Of a stretch of DNA of 42,019 nt, positions 8,516 through 16,611 are shown one piece after another; the first letter of the stretch is position 1, and every line of letters begins with the position of its first letter. The notes beneath the pieces were generated by a model. The model ran no database searches. It saw nothing but the letters and a program-made list of their open reading frames with translations, and was not told the origin of the DNA. A program made the position numbers and the translations under genes. Origin of the DNA: a virus (taxonomy: Duplodnaviria; Caudoviricetes); IMG/VR virus record IMGVR_UViG_3300028812_000008, positions 1 to 42,019 of that record. One strand, given 5' to 3'.

Positions 8516-9339
8516 TGCTTCCACTTCGTTCGCTCGAAGCCGAGCATCAGGTCGTGGTCGTACAGTTGGAATCGCGGGAACCTCCACTGACGACTCTCGA
8601 AGAGCTCGCGAGGTGAGGAGTCGCCCGTGATCATGATGTCGACGAACCTCATGCACCACTCGCACGAGTCGACGACCTCCTCCGGATCGTCGCTTCCTGG
8701 AAAGTGACGGAACTCGATCGTTCCGTGCTTCCACAGCGACCGGAAGTTCATACCGGGCCGCTTCGCGATGTGCCAGGCGCGACCTCCTGAGACCGTCGGC
8801 GAGGCGTGAGCGTCCTTGAACTGGTCGGTCGTCTTCGCCTCCATCGCCTCCATGAAGCGCTCGGTGCTCAGCGAGTGCTGATGGCTCTGCAGATTGCGAC
8901 GCCAGCGCTTCTTCGCGCCACGGTAGATCTCGTCGCTGGCGAAGTCGTCGCGGCTCGGCTCGACGATCGGCTCGACGCGAGTGTAGACGAAGTCCTCGGC
9001 GGCTCGCATCCTAGCGAAGACGCGCTTGAGAAGCGGCAGATCCTCGAGCAGATCCACGTCTGGCTGAACGTGGACGTGGAGGTTGCACTTGAAGTTGACG
9101 GTCGGGTTGAGCAGCTTGCGAAGCGCGAGGACGATCTCACCTTGTGCCGCGGACGTCTCCGTCGGCTTCGTGTTGACCTCACCTCCCCATCGCCACGTCT
9201 CGCCCGTTGGGTCGTTCGCGTGACCGTCTGAGTTGACGATGGAGTAGTCCTGATCGTTCCACCATCCGAGGTACTCCGGGATGGCGACGTGACGATCGAC
9301 GTCAGCCCACTCGAGCTCGACTCCTACGCTCCGACTCAT
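8512..9339 (-). CDS. amidoligase (glutamine-synthetase-like COOH-NH2 ligase, Amidoligase_2 type)
   Basis: GVELE, DYSI, GEV.T.P, CNLHVHV, NFRSL.KHGTIEFR motifs; ATG 9339 coupled. Confidence 0.85.
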   Translation of the reverse strand: MSRSVGVELEWADVDRHVAIPEYLGWWNDQDYSIVNSDGHANDPTGETWRWGGEVNTKPTETSAAQGEIVLALRKLLNPTVNFKCNLHVHVQPDVDLLEDLPLLKRVFARMRAAEDFVYTRVEPIVEPSRDDFASDEIYRGAKKRWRRNLQSHQHSLSTERFMEAMEAKTTDQFKDAHASPTVSGGRAWHIAKRPGMNFRSLWKHGTIEFRHFPGSDDPEEVVDSCEWCMRFVDIMITGDSSPRELFESRQWRFPRFQLYDHDLMLGFERTKWKQ

Positions 9340-9560
9340 GAATTCTCCCATCCGTATCTCCACGGAAGAAGCTCCGGGAGGGTACGTACCTTGATTCTGT
9401 CGCGACAACCGACACACCAGATCGGCGTCGACAGTCGAACCTTTGGTGACGGATCGATGAGGCACTGACCGCAGGCGATGCAGTGTGCGTGCTCTTCGTG
9501 ATCCTTCGCGAACTCGGCGAAGGTCATGGGTTCTCCCTGCGTCTTCAGGCGGTCAATCAC
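9336..9560 (-). CDS. small zinc-finger protein
   Basis: CIAC...CVGC. Confidence 0.6.
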   Translation of the reverse strand: MIDRLKTQGEPMTFAEFAKDHEEHAHCIACGQCLIDPSPKVRLSTPIWCVGCRDRIKVRTLPELLPWRYGWENS

Positions 9561-9826
9561 TTGAATCGCTCCTTGTACGCGGCGTCAAAGTCCGCGCACT
9601 CCTGTCGAGACATCAGCTTGTTCGCTCGCTCTCGGATGAACTCGATCTTCGCCGGATCGTCGAACTCCCAACCCTGCGACTTTACTTCTCCGCCGGGGTT
9701 TATCCCCAGAACGTGAGCAATCTTGATCGCCTCGACGAAGTGCATCGCCTCGACGATGCAGGCTCCGAGGAACTGAGTTCCTCTTGGTCGGTCTGGATCG
9801 GCGAACGACAACCAGAAGCACCTCAC
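9557..9826 (-). CDS. hypothetical protein
   Basis: FWLSFAD...FLGACIVEA...GINPGGEV; coupled starts and stops. Confidence 0.65.
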   Translation of the reverse strand: MRCFWLSFADPDRPRGTQFLGACIVEAMHFVEAIKIAHVLGINPGGEVKSQGWEFDDPAKIEFIRERANKLMSRQECADFDAAYKERFK

Positions 9827-10788
9827 CGAAGCGCCTCCCTCGTCTTCTCGAGTTGCTGCTCCTTCCACCACGAGCGCAGCGCGCCCGTCGGCTTCAGGCC
9901 GTCGTGGAGCTCCGCTAGCGCGTCCCGCTTGAGGTTCTCGCTACGGTAGTCCCAGAGCACCTCCCAGCGAACGCCGCGCGGAACCTTCTCACTCATCTTC
10001 GCGATCTCCTGAGCCTGACGGTCCAGGTAGTAGCCGACGTATCGCTTCCCGCGATGCCACTTGCGATACGCGCAGAGGAGTGTCTCCGTCTGCCAGATGG
10101 TCGGTCGCTCGCTCGTGAACTGCGTCGTTCTCAGCTTCAGGTCGGTCCAGTACCGATCAGTGTCGGCGACCGCGTCAGGTCTGATGCGGGTCTCCTCGTC
10201 CTCGACGAGATCGTCGCGACCGTAGGCGTAGTAGAGACCGTTGCGACAGCTCCACGCCTTGTCAAGATCGAGGTCCGTCGGCATGAGGTCCGTCGGCGTG
10301 ATGGTGTGGAGCGCCTCGAGGTAGAGGAACATCGCGAACTGACCGAACGAGTAGAGGTTGCTCGTCGCTCCGTAGACGTTCTCGTATCGCTTCTCCGGCG
10401 TGTCGGCCCAGCACAGAGAGTCGAAGTACTCGTGCTGATCGCGACCGCTGATGAGGTCGCGGTACGACTCGAACGCCGGAACGAACATGTTCGACGAGCG
10501 GACCCAGCGTCGGTCCGTCTGGACGATCATCTCGTCGCGCCCGCGCGCCTCCCACCATCGCCTCATGCGACCGACGTCGACGCGCTCGAAGTCCGGAAAC
10601 TCGTTGTAGAGGTAGAACGCCGAGGCTCCGCAATACGTCATCGCATACAACCATGCGATCCAGTATCGCTGCTCGCGATTCAGCTCGAAGCGGTCGCAGA
10701 CGTAGAGGAGCATCGAGTAGCCAGGATCGACGTCGCCAATCTCGAACGAGGCTTTCTGATACTTCAGATACTCGTCGAGTCTGGTCAC
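9823..10788 (-). CDS. amino acid:DNA transferase (aGPT-Pplase2 family, HhH glycosylase-like fold)
   Basis: GDVDPGY, RYW.AWLY...Y, FG.F..F.YLE, ETLLCAYRK..RG.RY.GYY motifs; context in hmU modification cluster. Confidence 0.78.
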   Translation of the reverse strand: MTRLDEYLKYQKASFEIGDVDPGYSMLLYVCDRFELNREQRYWIAWLYAMTYCGASAFYLYNEFPDFERVDVGRMRRWWEARGRDEMIVQTDRRWVRSSNMFVPAFESYRDLISGRDQHEYFDSLCWADTPEKRYENVYGATSNLYSFGQFAMFLYLEALHTITPTDLMPTDLDLDKAWSCRNGLYYAYGRDDLVEDEETRIRPDAVADTDRYWTDLKLRTTQFTSERPTIWQTETLLCAYRKWHRGKRYVGYYLDRQAQEIAKMSEKVPRGVRWEVLWDYRSENLKRDALAELHDGLKPTGALRSWWKEQQLEKTREALR

Positions 10789-11054
10789 GCGCGACCCCCG
10801 GTCTTCTCAATCTCAACCACGACCTTCGCCCGAATCTCCGGAGGCATCAGTCGAAGAAGTTCATCCTTCGTTCTCTTCTTACGAATCGGACTGTCGTGCC
10901 GAGTGAGCTCGTCTGCGAGTCCTTCGACGTCGAACACCGGCATCCCTCCCGCCCACGACTCGACGAAGTTACTCGTAACCGTGTCGTACCAGGCGAAGTA
11001 CTCGTCGTTCGGATCGAGTGTGATCTGTCCGCTAAGGTTGATGAATCGAATCAT
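10785..11054 (-). CDS. hypothetical protein
   Basis: MIRFINLSGQI...FAWYDTV; ATGA/GTGA coupling. Confidence 0.6.
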   Translation of the reverse strand: MIRFINLSGQITLDPNDEYFAWYDTVTSNFVESWAGGMPVFDVEGLADELTRHDSPIRKKRTKDELLRLMPPEIRAKVVVEIEKTGGRA

Positions 11055-11776
11055 ACCCACTCCACTCCCTCTGCGACCAGCTCGCCCGGTGGTCCTCCGG
11101 CTCTGCGGATGATGTCGGCCGTGCTCGCATACCACCGGGCACCGAGATGGTCGACCCGATAGAGTGGACGGCGCCGGTTGCGACCGGCGAAGAGCCTCTT
11201 CCCGACGATCCAGCATCCTGCGAAGGACCACTGCTCGCCGAGGATCATGGTGTCCGGCTCCTCGTTCTCGAGGCGGCGGAGGAACACCTCACCGTCGTTG
11301 TCGCTGTCGCACTTGACGCCGTGCTCGCGCTCGAACTCTTCGCGCGTTCCCATGTGGATGACGCCGTTGAACGCGAGCGCGATCAGGTATGGAGTACGTC
11401 GCATCGTCGGTCCGTCGACGATCGTCAGGTCCTTCGGCATTTCCCTCGCGATCGGTCCGGTCATGAGAGGCATCCAGTCCGACGCGTCCACGACGATCGG
11501 CTGATTGTTCTCGGGTCGCCTCCAGTCGCCGCTCGTCGAGTACCTCGTGTGAGCGATCAGCGGGAGCGACGTGTCGAAGACCTTCTGGAAGTTCCGCCAG
11601 TCGTCGGTCTTGTCGAGACCGACACCAGGCTGATAGCTGCCGACGGCGTGCGTCCCGCGCGCGAGGCTCTCGCGCACGAGAGCAGCGTAGAACTTCATCC
11701 TGCCGAGATGGAGGTCGAGGCTCGTCTCCTGCGTGACCTCGTGGCTCAGCGGCGCGTAGCCGATGACACCACACAT
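11051..11776 (-). CDS. class II (Ntn) glutamine amidotransferase domain protein
   Basis: N-terminal MCG, RG..A.G, HTRYSTSG, NNQP, FNGVI, DNDGE. Confidence 0.88.
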   Translation of the reverse strand: MCGVIGYAPLSHEVTQETSLDLHLGRMKFYAALVRESLARGTHAVGSYQPGVGLDKTDDWRNFQKVFDTSLPLIAHTRYSTSGDWRRPENNQPIVVDASDWMPLMTGPIAREMPKDLTIVDGPTMRRTPYLIALAFNGVIHMGTREEFEREHGVKCDSDNDGEVFLRRLENEEPDTMILGEQWSFAGCWIVGKRLFAGRNRRRPLYRVDHLGARWYASTADIIRRAGGPPGELVAEGVEWV

Positions 11777-12336
11777 CAGCGAAGCCTCTCGAGGATGTAG
11801 GTCGGCGCCTCGTCGCGGTCGAGGTCGACGATCTTCATGCCGTCCCCGATCAGTCGCTTGCGCGCGCTCTGCACACCACGCCACTCCTTCTCGACGTTCT
11901 CCGGATCGAACGGCTCGAAGTTCCCCTTCGCCTGGCGACGCGCGACCACCGAGGCGATGCACGAGCCGAGGTCCGTCTTGAGGACGATCACCTCGGTGTC
12001 GACGTTGCGCTCGCGGAACTTCTTCCACACACCGAGGAGTCGAGTCGCCGAGTGCTGAGCGACGATGCCCTCGAAGAGGACGTGGAGTCCCTCCTCCGCG
12101 TACATCGACACGAGGTCGAAGATGGTCTCGATGGAGCTGATCGTGTCGCATCCGCCGGTAGGATTCTCGTAGCTACCGGGCACGAACACGCCTCTCGGCC
12201 ACTGATCGAAGACGTAGCCGATCGGCCTCGTTCTCTTCGGTGCCGAGATCGGTCTGGCCTGACCGAGCTGGTCCATCACGCGACGAACGACCGTCGTCTT
12301 GCCTGCTCCGTTGGCTCCTCGAACCTGGATGATCAT
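11776..12336 (-). CDS. P-loop nucleotide kinase associated with hmU modification systems
   Basis: RGANGAGKTT Walker A, GGCDTI, VLFEG, lid-like R...RR. Confidence 0.82.
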   Translation of the reverse strand: MIIQVRGANGAGKTTVVRRVMDQLGQARPISAPKRTRPIGYVFDQWPRGVFVPGSYENPTGGCDTISSIETIFDLVSMYAEEGLHVLFEGIVAQHSATRLLGVWKKFRERNVDTEVIVLKTDLGSCIASVVARRQAKGNFEPFDPENVEKEWRGVQSARKRLIGDGMKIVDLDRDEAPTYILERLR

Positions 12337-12448
12337 ACGGTGTGCGCTTTCGTTGATGCGGAACTGAGCACGTTGGGCTCATTCGCTCGGTGTCTGACCC
12401 GGCCGGTGGGGTACGGTAGTGGCATGGTTTATGCAGTGACGCGGCCTC

Positions 12449-12634
12449 ATGGCGAAAACTTCAGACTGTCCGATCGAGAGGCTGCTCCAGATGACGAACT
12501 TCCCGCTGAGTTTGAGCGACATCGCCGAGGCTCTGCTGATCGACGAGACGACTGCGGCGATGGTGCTCCGCGAGTATCGACACGCCGGACGCGCTCGTCA
12601 GGTCGGTGCGCGCTGGGAGATCGTCGCCCGGTAG
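12449..12634 (+). CDS. winged-helix DNA-binding protein
   Basis: PLSLSDIAEALLIDETTAAMVLREY..AGRARQVGARW pattern; only convincing plus-strand gene in the left arm. Confidence 0.6.
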   Translation: MAKTSDCPIERLLQMTNFPLSLSDIAEALLIDETTAAMVLREYRHAGRARQVGARWEIVAR

Positions 12635-13308
12635 AGCTTCCGTTTGCGAGAGATCCCGCCCGAGTGACCGTTGCCGAGATAGTGAACCTCGTCGAATCCG
12701 GCGTCCTTCAGGGCGCGGATGGCGTCGAGCTCGCTGAAGCCTCGCTGAACGTTCGACTCGAAGTAGAGCGTCTCGCGGCACAGCGAGCGAAGCATCGCGT
12801 AGAACGCGGCGCGATCGTCGATGTACGTGTCGACGGAGCAGCACCACACGACGTCGTGGACCGGACGGTTCCACGGATCGTTCTCGTGCTCGTGCATCGC
12901 GTTGAAGTTCGCGACGTAGAACTTCGCGCGACCGATGGACTCGTGCTCGCGCATCTCCATCATCAGCGGTCCCGCCTGAGGCGTCCCGTAGAGCTGCGCG
13001 ATGCGGTGACAGAGATCGACTCGGTCCTGCCGAAACTCGACTCCCGTCACGTTCGCTCCCCTCCGGGCAGCCTCGAAGATCGTGGCTCCCACGTTCGAGC
13101 CGACGTCGAGGAAGGTCTTACCCTCGAGGCTCATCGGCACCTTGAAGTCCTCGTAGCGAGTCTTCGTGTCGCGGACGGCCCGCATGTCGTCGAGCCCGGG
13201 GAGGGTGAATGAGCAGTAGATGCCGTGACGACGAGCGTTCGGCGCGACCTTCTTGCCGGAGCCGGACAACTCTACGATGTCGGCGCGGATCTGTGCGAGC
13301 TGACTCAC
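12598..13308 (-). CDS. class I SAM-dependent methyltransferase
   Basis: GKTFLDVGSNVG motif I, GANVTGVE motif II, DVV.C.SV, LYFES. Confidence 0.85.
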   Translation of the reverse strand: MSQLAQIRADIVELSGSGKKVAPNARRHGIYCSFTLPGLDDMRAVRDTKTRYEDFKVPMSLEGKTFLDVGSNVGATIFEAARRGANVTGVEFRQDRVDLCHRIAQLYGTPQAGPLMMEMREHESIGRAKFYVANFNAMHEHENDPWNRPVHDVVWCCSVDTYIDDRAAFYAMLRSLCRETLYFESNVQRGFSELDAIRALKDAGFDEVHYLGNGHSGGISRKRKLYRATISQRAPT

Positions 13309-13514
13309 GGTTCGAACTCCTGGAGCTTGTAGTCGTCGGCGACGACCTTGTAGTACCACGGCGAGCTCTCGCCGGAGAACTGTCCGCACATCGCGGCGCA
13401 GAGCTTCTCGGCGAGGAACGAGTCCATGCGAACACCCTCAGCCACGAACGACTCGTCGCGGCCGGGAGCCTCACCAGACTTCCCGAAGTTGCACGTCTTG
13501 ACGACCCTCATCAC
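13305..13514 (-). CDS. hypothetical protein
   Basis: 69-aa ORF ending YYKVVADDYKLQEFEP; coupled. Confidence 0.6.
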   Translation of the reverse strand: MMRVVKTCNFGKSGEAPGRDESFVAEGVRMDSFLAEKLCAAMCGQFSGESSPWYYKVVADDYKLQEFEP

Positions 13515-13569
13515 TCACCCCGACAGGAGAACTCGATGCCGAAGTTGTCGCGACTGATGGTCCTCATCC

Positions 13570-13770
13570 TCACCTCGCCTTCTCTCGACGGGGTCCCACC
13601 GACATCTCGACTCCCAGCGAGAGATCGTCGTCGAACACGTGGATGTCGTATCCGCCGACCGGATAGTTCGGCAGCTTCGACTCGAGGATGACGCAGGTCC
13701 ATCCACCGCGAACTTGAGTGTGAGGAGCGACGACGATGCCCGTCGTCAGCTTGAGAATCTTGCCCTTCAT
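13570..13770 (-). CDS. hypothetical protein
   Basis: 66-aa ORF with GGAGG SD. Confidence 0.6.
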   Translation of the reverse strand: MKGKILKLTTGIVVAPHTQVRGGWTCVILESKLPNYPVGGYDIHVFDDDLSLGVEMSVGPRREKAR

Positions 13771-13781
13771 CGTTACCTCCG

Positions 13782-13922
13782 TGGACCGCCAGGGACTCGA
13801 ACCCTGTCCACCGCTCTGCGCGGTTTGTCTCGCGTGTTCATCGGACTAGTACCCGACTACTGAAAACGAGATGACCTCGACGATCGATCGAGGTGAGCTT
13901 CTTTCCAACGAGCTCACGGCCC
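13782..13922 (-). ncRNA. 141-nt tRNA-like structured RNA (Ala-type acceptor stem, canonical T-arm, expanded interior)
   Basis: 5' GGGCCGT pairs with 3' GCGGTCC-A (G3.U70, A73); T-arm CAGGG-TTCGAGT-CCCTG; several internal hairpins; fills an intergenic gap. Confidence 0.65.
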
Positions 13923-13948
13923 AAAAGCGGCTCGAGGCCGCGACGTTA

Positions 13949-14614
13949 CTACGCGAACAGCTCGCGCACGACCGACGACATGCTCACGTCCGCGTCGGGC
14001 GCGTAGAGCAGCTCGTTGTCGTCGAGACAGTCGGGCTGAGCAGGATGACGCTTCCGCTCGGCTCGCGCGCTCGCGTCCGAGAGCTCGAGCAGGACGCGCT
14101 TCCTCGCCTCGAGGACCTGCGTCATCGTGAAGACGCGCCCGTCCTTGAGCGAGAACATGTCGTCGCGATCGAGCGGAGCGTACCTCGGCACCGGCTTCTT
14201 GTCGCGCAGAGCGACGTTGATCGCCTCCTCGCGACTGCGCAGAACCTCGTCGTAGAGGTTCGCGACAGCACGATCGGTCTCACGCTGACGCTCGAGCTGA
14301 CGTACGGCACGGACGTCAGGATCACCGTCGAACCTGTCGACGATGCAGTGGAACGGGTCACGCGTCAACCGCTGGCGCCACTCCTCCATCTTCTTGCGTT
14401 CCTCGCTGTTCGGAGGCGAGTTCGGCGGACAGCAGCGATTGTCGCGCGCGTAGTCCCCGTTGTGCCAGTGCGTCTCGTTGTCTGGTCGCGTGCCAGAGTT
14501 GAACTCCCTCGCGATCCTCGTTACGGAGTCGAGATTTGAAGCCCAGAGAACTCTGTCTCCCGGCTTCGTGTCCGAGGTCTTGACGACCACGTATTGCTCA
14601 CTCATGTCGCTCAT
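13949..14614 (-). CDS. hypothetical protein
   Basis: C-terminal 221 aa of ORF 13949..15700; ATG 14614 coupled to upstream stop. Confidence 0.65.
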   Translation of the reverse strand: MSDMSEQYVVVKTSDTKPGDRVLWASNLDSVTRIAREFNSGTRPDNETHWHNGDYARDNRCCPPNSPPNSEERKKMEEWRQRLTRDPFHCIVDRFDGDPDVRAVRQLERQRETDRAVANLYDEVLRSREEAINVALRDKKPVPRYAPLDRDDMFSLKDGRVFTMTQVLEARKRVLLELSDASARAERKRHPAQPDCLDDNELLYAPDADVSMSSVVRELFA

Positions 14615-15546
14615 CCTTTCTCTGTGACGTTGATCTTGGTGACGGCGCACGTGACGTCGTCGACCGTGGGCTTGAACTTCCGCTTCGGCTGACCGACTCC
14701 GGTCTTCGCCTTCTGGTACTTCGCGACCTCGCAGAGCTGGAACTGGACGTCGGTTAGCTCGAGCTTCGGGAACTCGTAGGTGTGCTCCCGCTCGCCGTGA
14801 CACTCCGGCCATCGCTCGTCGCGCATCGCGTAGAGCTCCTGGCAGACCTCGAGCGCCTCGACCTCGGAGATCTTCTCGATGACGCCGTACCGAACCCAGG
14901 ACGCTCCCTTCCTCGCTCCCGGGCCAATCGGCGTCCAGGTCGACCAGTCGTCGGGAGTCCAGTCGGTAGCGAGGATGTAGTCGAGGAGGATCTCCTTCGC
15001 GATGAAGCTGCCGACACCGAAGAGCCCGCACATGCGACCGCAGGCGATCTTCCAGAACGGCGTGTCGAGGATGTACTCGCTCGAGTTGACGATGCCGTCG
15101 ATGATCTCGCCGACGACCTCGTGCTTCGGGTCGGTGCGTCCGGCGTTCGGGACGATGTAGGCCGCGGTGAACGTCGGCTCTCCCATCGCGATGCGAGCGC
15201 CGATCTTCGTCTCGAACCGCCTCCGGTCCCACGACTCGGACCATCCCATCGCCCTCGCCGCGTGGATCGTGCCCGTGAGCCGGTAGATCGAGGCGTTCAG
15301 GAGCGCCTCCTCGCAGGGATGCTCGTCGTATCCCTGATCGTCCTGGTGAGCGATCTTGAAGGGAGCGTAGAACTCCGCGTTGAAGAGCTGCGTCGTGCGG
15401 TCGTGGTAGCGCTTGACGTTCGTGAACGAGAATTGCTGGAAGATCCAGTCGTCGGTCCATCGCTCCTGCGGTAGACCGACGAGGCGCCGCTGACGAATCA
15501 GCTCGCGCTCGACCATGAACTCCCAGAACTCGTCGACGCGACTCAC
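14611..15546 (-). CDS. 5-hmdU DNA kinase (aGPT-Pplase1 family)
   Basis: F..ER..IR..R..G.P...WTDD.IF....FTNV.R..DRTT, FT.AYIV, GVGSF.A.EI..D, GPGARKG, LCE..KY. Confidence 0.85.
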   Translation of the reverse strand: MSRVDEFWEFMVERELIRQRRLVGLPQERWTDDWIFQQFSFTNVKRYHDRTTQLFNAEFYAPFKIAHQDDQGYDEHPCEEALLNASIYRLTGTIHAARAMGWSESWDRRRFETKIGARIAMGEPTFTAAYIVPNAGRTDPKHEVVGEIIDGIVNSSEYILDTPFWKIACGRMCGLFGVGSFIAKEILLDYILATDWTPDDWSTWTPIGPGARKGASWVRYGVIEKISEVEALEVCQELYAMRDERWPECHGEREHTYEFPKLELTDVQFQLCEVAKYQKAKTGVGQPKRKFKPTVDDVTCAVTKINVTEKG

Positions 15547-15740
15547 GTCTCCGTCCAAACTGGATCTGGAACACGCTCGCTGATCTCGAAGATCTCGAGT
15601 AGATCGTCGAGACCACGAGACTTCGGCTCGTATCCGACCGTCGACACCATGGCGACGCCCTCCATGTGGAAGAGACGAACGAGAAACGGTGGAAATTCAC
15701 CAGATCTCGCGCGAAGCCAGTAGAATCCGCTCTGTCTCAC
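15543..15740 (-). CDS. hypothetical protein
   Basis: VRQSGFYWLR...; GTGA coupling at both ends. Confidence 0.55.
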   Translation of the reverse strand: MRQSGFYWLRARSGEFPPFLVRLFHMEGVAMVSTVGYEPKSRGLDDLLEIFEISERVPDPVWTET

Positions 15741-16255
15741 GCGAACTCCTTGATGACGTGGTACGTCTCGCCGATCTTCACGCAGACGTTCTTCACGGCG
15801 AGCGAGTAGCCGCGGACTCGCGACTGCGGCATCTCGTCGTCCTTGACGCCCTCGGCGAGCGTGACGTGAGGGTTGTACGACCAGCCTCCCTCCTTGACGT
15901 CGACGTTCGCCGCCTTGAGGTTCTCGAGGATGTGCTGACGGAAGTCGATCAGCTGGATCGACGCCGTCATCAGGACCACGAGGCAGTTCCGGTCCTTGCC
16001 GAACATGCGAAGGTGACTCTGCGAGGCGACGAACCTCGGGGCGTCGTCGGCGTGGCGCCTCGTGACGTCGAGGATGACCTTGCCGTCGTCCTCCGTCAGG
16101 TTCTTGCCGACGAAGCAGACGGTCATGTGCGGCGAGGCCTTCCTCTGCCGCTTCTCCGGAGCGGCCGTGACCCACCGATCCGTCAGATCGATGAGCTCCC
16201 TCGACATCTCCATGGTCAGCATTACGACGTGGTTGCCCGGTGTGACGACGCTCAC
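15737..16255 (-). CDS. 2H phosphoesterase (ThpR/LigT or Acb1-like)
   Basis: Two HxT motifs: PHMTVCFVG and YNPHVTLA. Confidence 0.85.
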   Translation of the reverse strand: MSVVTPGNHVVMLTMEMSRELIDLTDRWVTAAPEKRQRKASPHMTVCFVGKNLTEDDGKVILDVTRRHADDAPRFVASQSHLRMFGKDRNCLVVLMTASIQLIDFRQHILENLKAANVDVKEGGWSYNPHVTLAEGVKDDEMPQSRVRGYSLAVKNVCVKIGETYHVIKEFA

Positions 16256-16611
16256 TTCTTGCCTCCACTGATGATCTTGAACTTCTGTCCGTTGGAGATC
16301 ACCACGACCTCCTGCTTCGGCTCCTCGATCAGAGGAAGCTCCGACGGATCTCGCTCGCCGAGTGGAACTACCACGGGCAGAGCCGCGGGCTCGTACGTCG
16401 TGACGACGCCGTGCTCGTGGTCCTCGAGCGGACTGGGATGCTCGATGGACTGGTGAATCTTGAGCGCTCGCAGATTGGAGTACGATCTCCAGCAGTGGTC
16501 GCAGTTCCATCTGTCGACGGTGTCTGGCCACCGGGCGTTGATCATGGACAGGACGAGCGCCGCGAGCACGGCGACGTCCACGATACCGACGATAACCTCA
16601 GTCGTCCCCAC
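16252..16611 (-). CDS. membrane-anchored C2H2 zinc-finger protein
   Basis: N-terminal hydrophobic helix followed by C-x2-C-x12-H-x4-H (CDHCWRSYSNLRALKIHQSIEH). Confidence 0.65.
   Translation of the reverse strand: MGTTEVIVGIVDVAVLAALVLSMINARWPDTVDRWNCDHCWRSYSNLRALKIHQSIEHPSPLEDHEHGVVTTYEPAALPVVVPLGERDPSELPLIEEPKQEVVVISNGQKFKIISGGKK

Noticed and set aside
13782-13922. Bona fide tmRNA or standard tRNA-Ala/Ile
   Set aside because: Too short for tmRNA with no evident tag reading frame; the anticodon-like loop lacks U33 and purine 37, and the interior is too long for a tRNA
16228-16242. Additional copy of the CCGGGCAAC operator-like box
   Set aside because: Inside coding sequence (TPGNH codons) and lacks the TGGT half; probably chance
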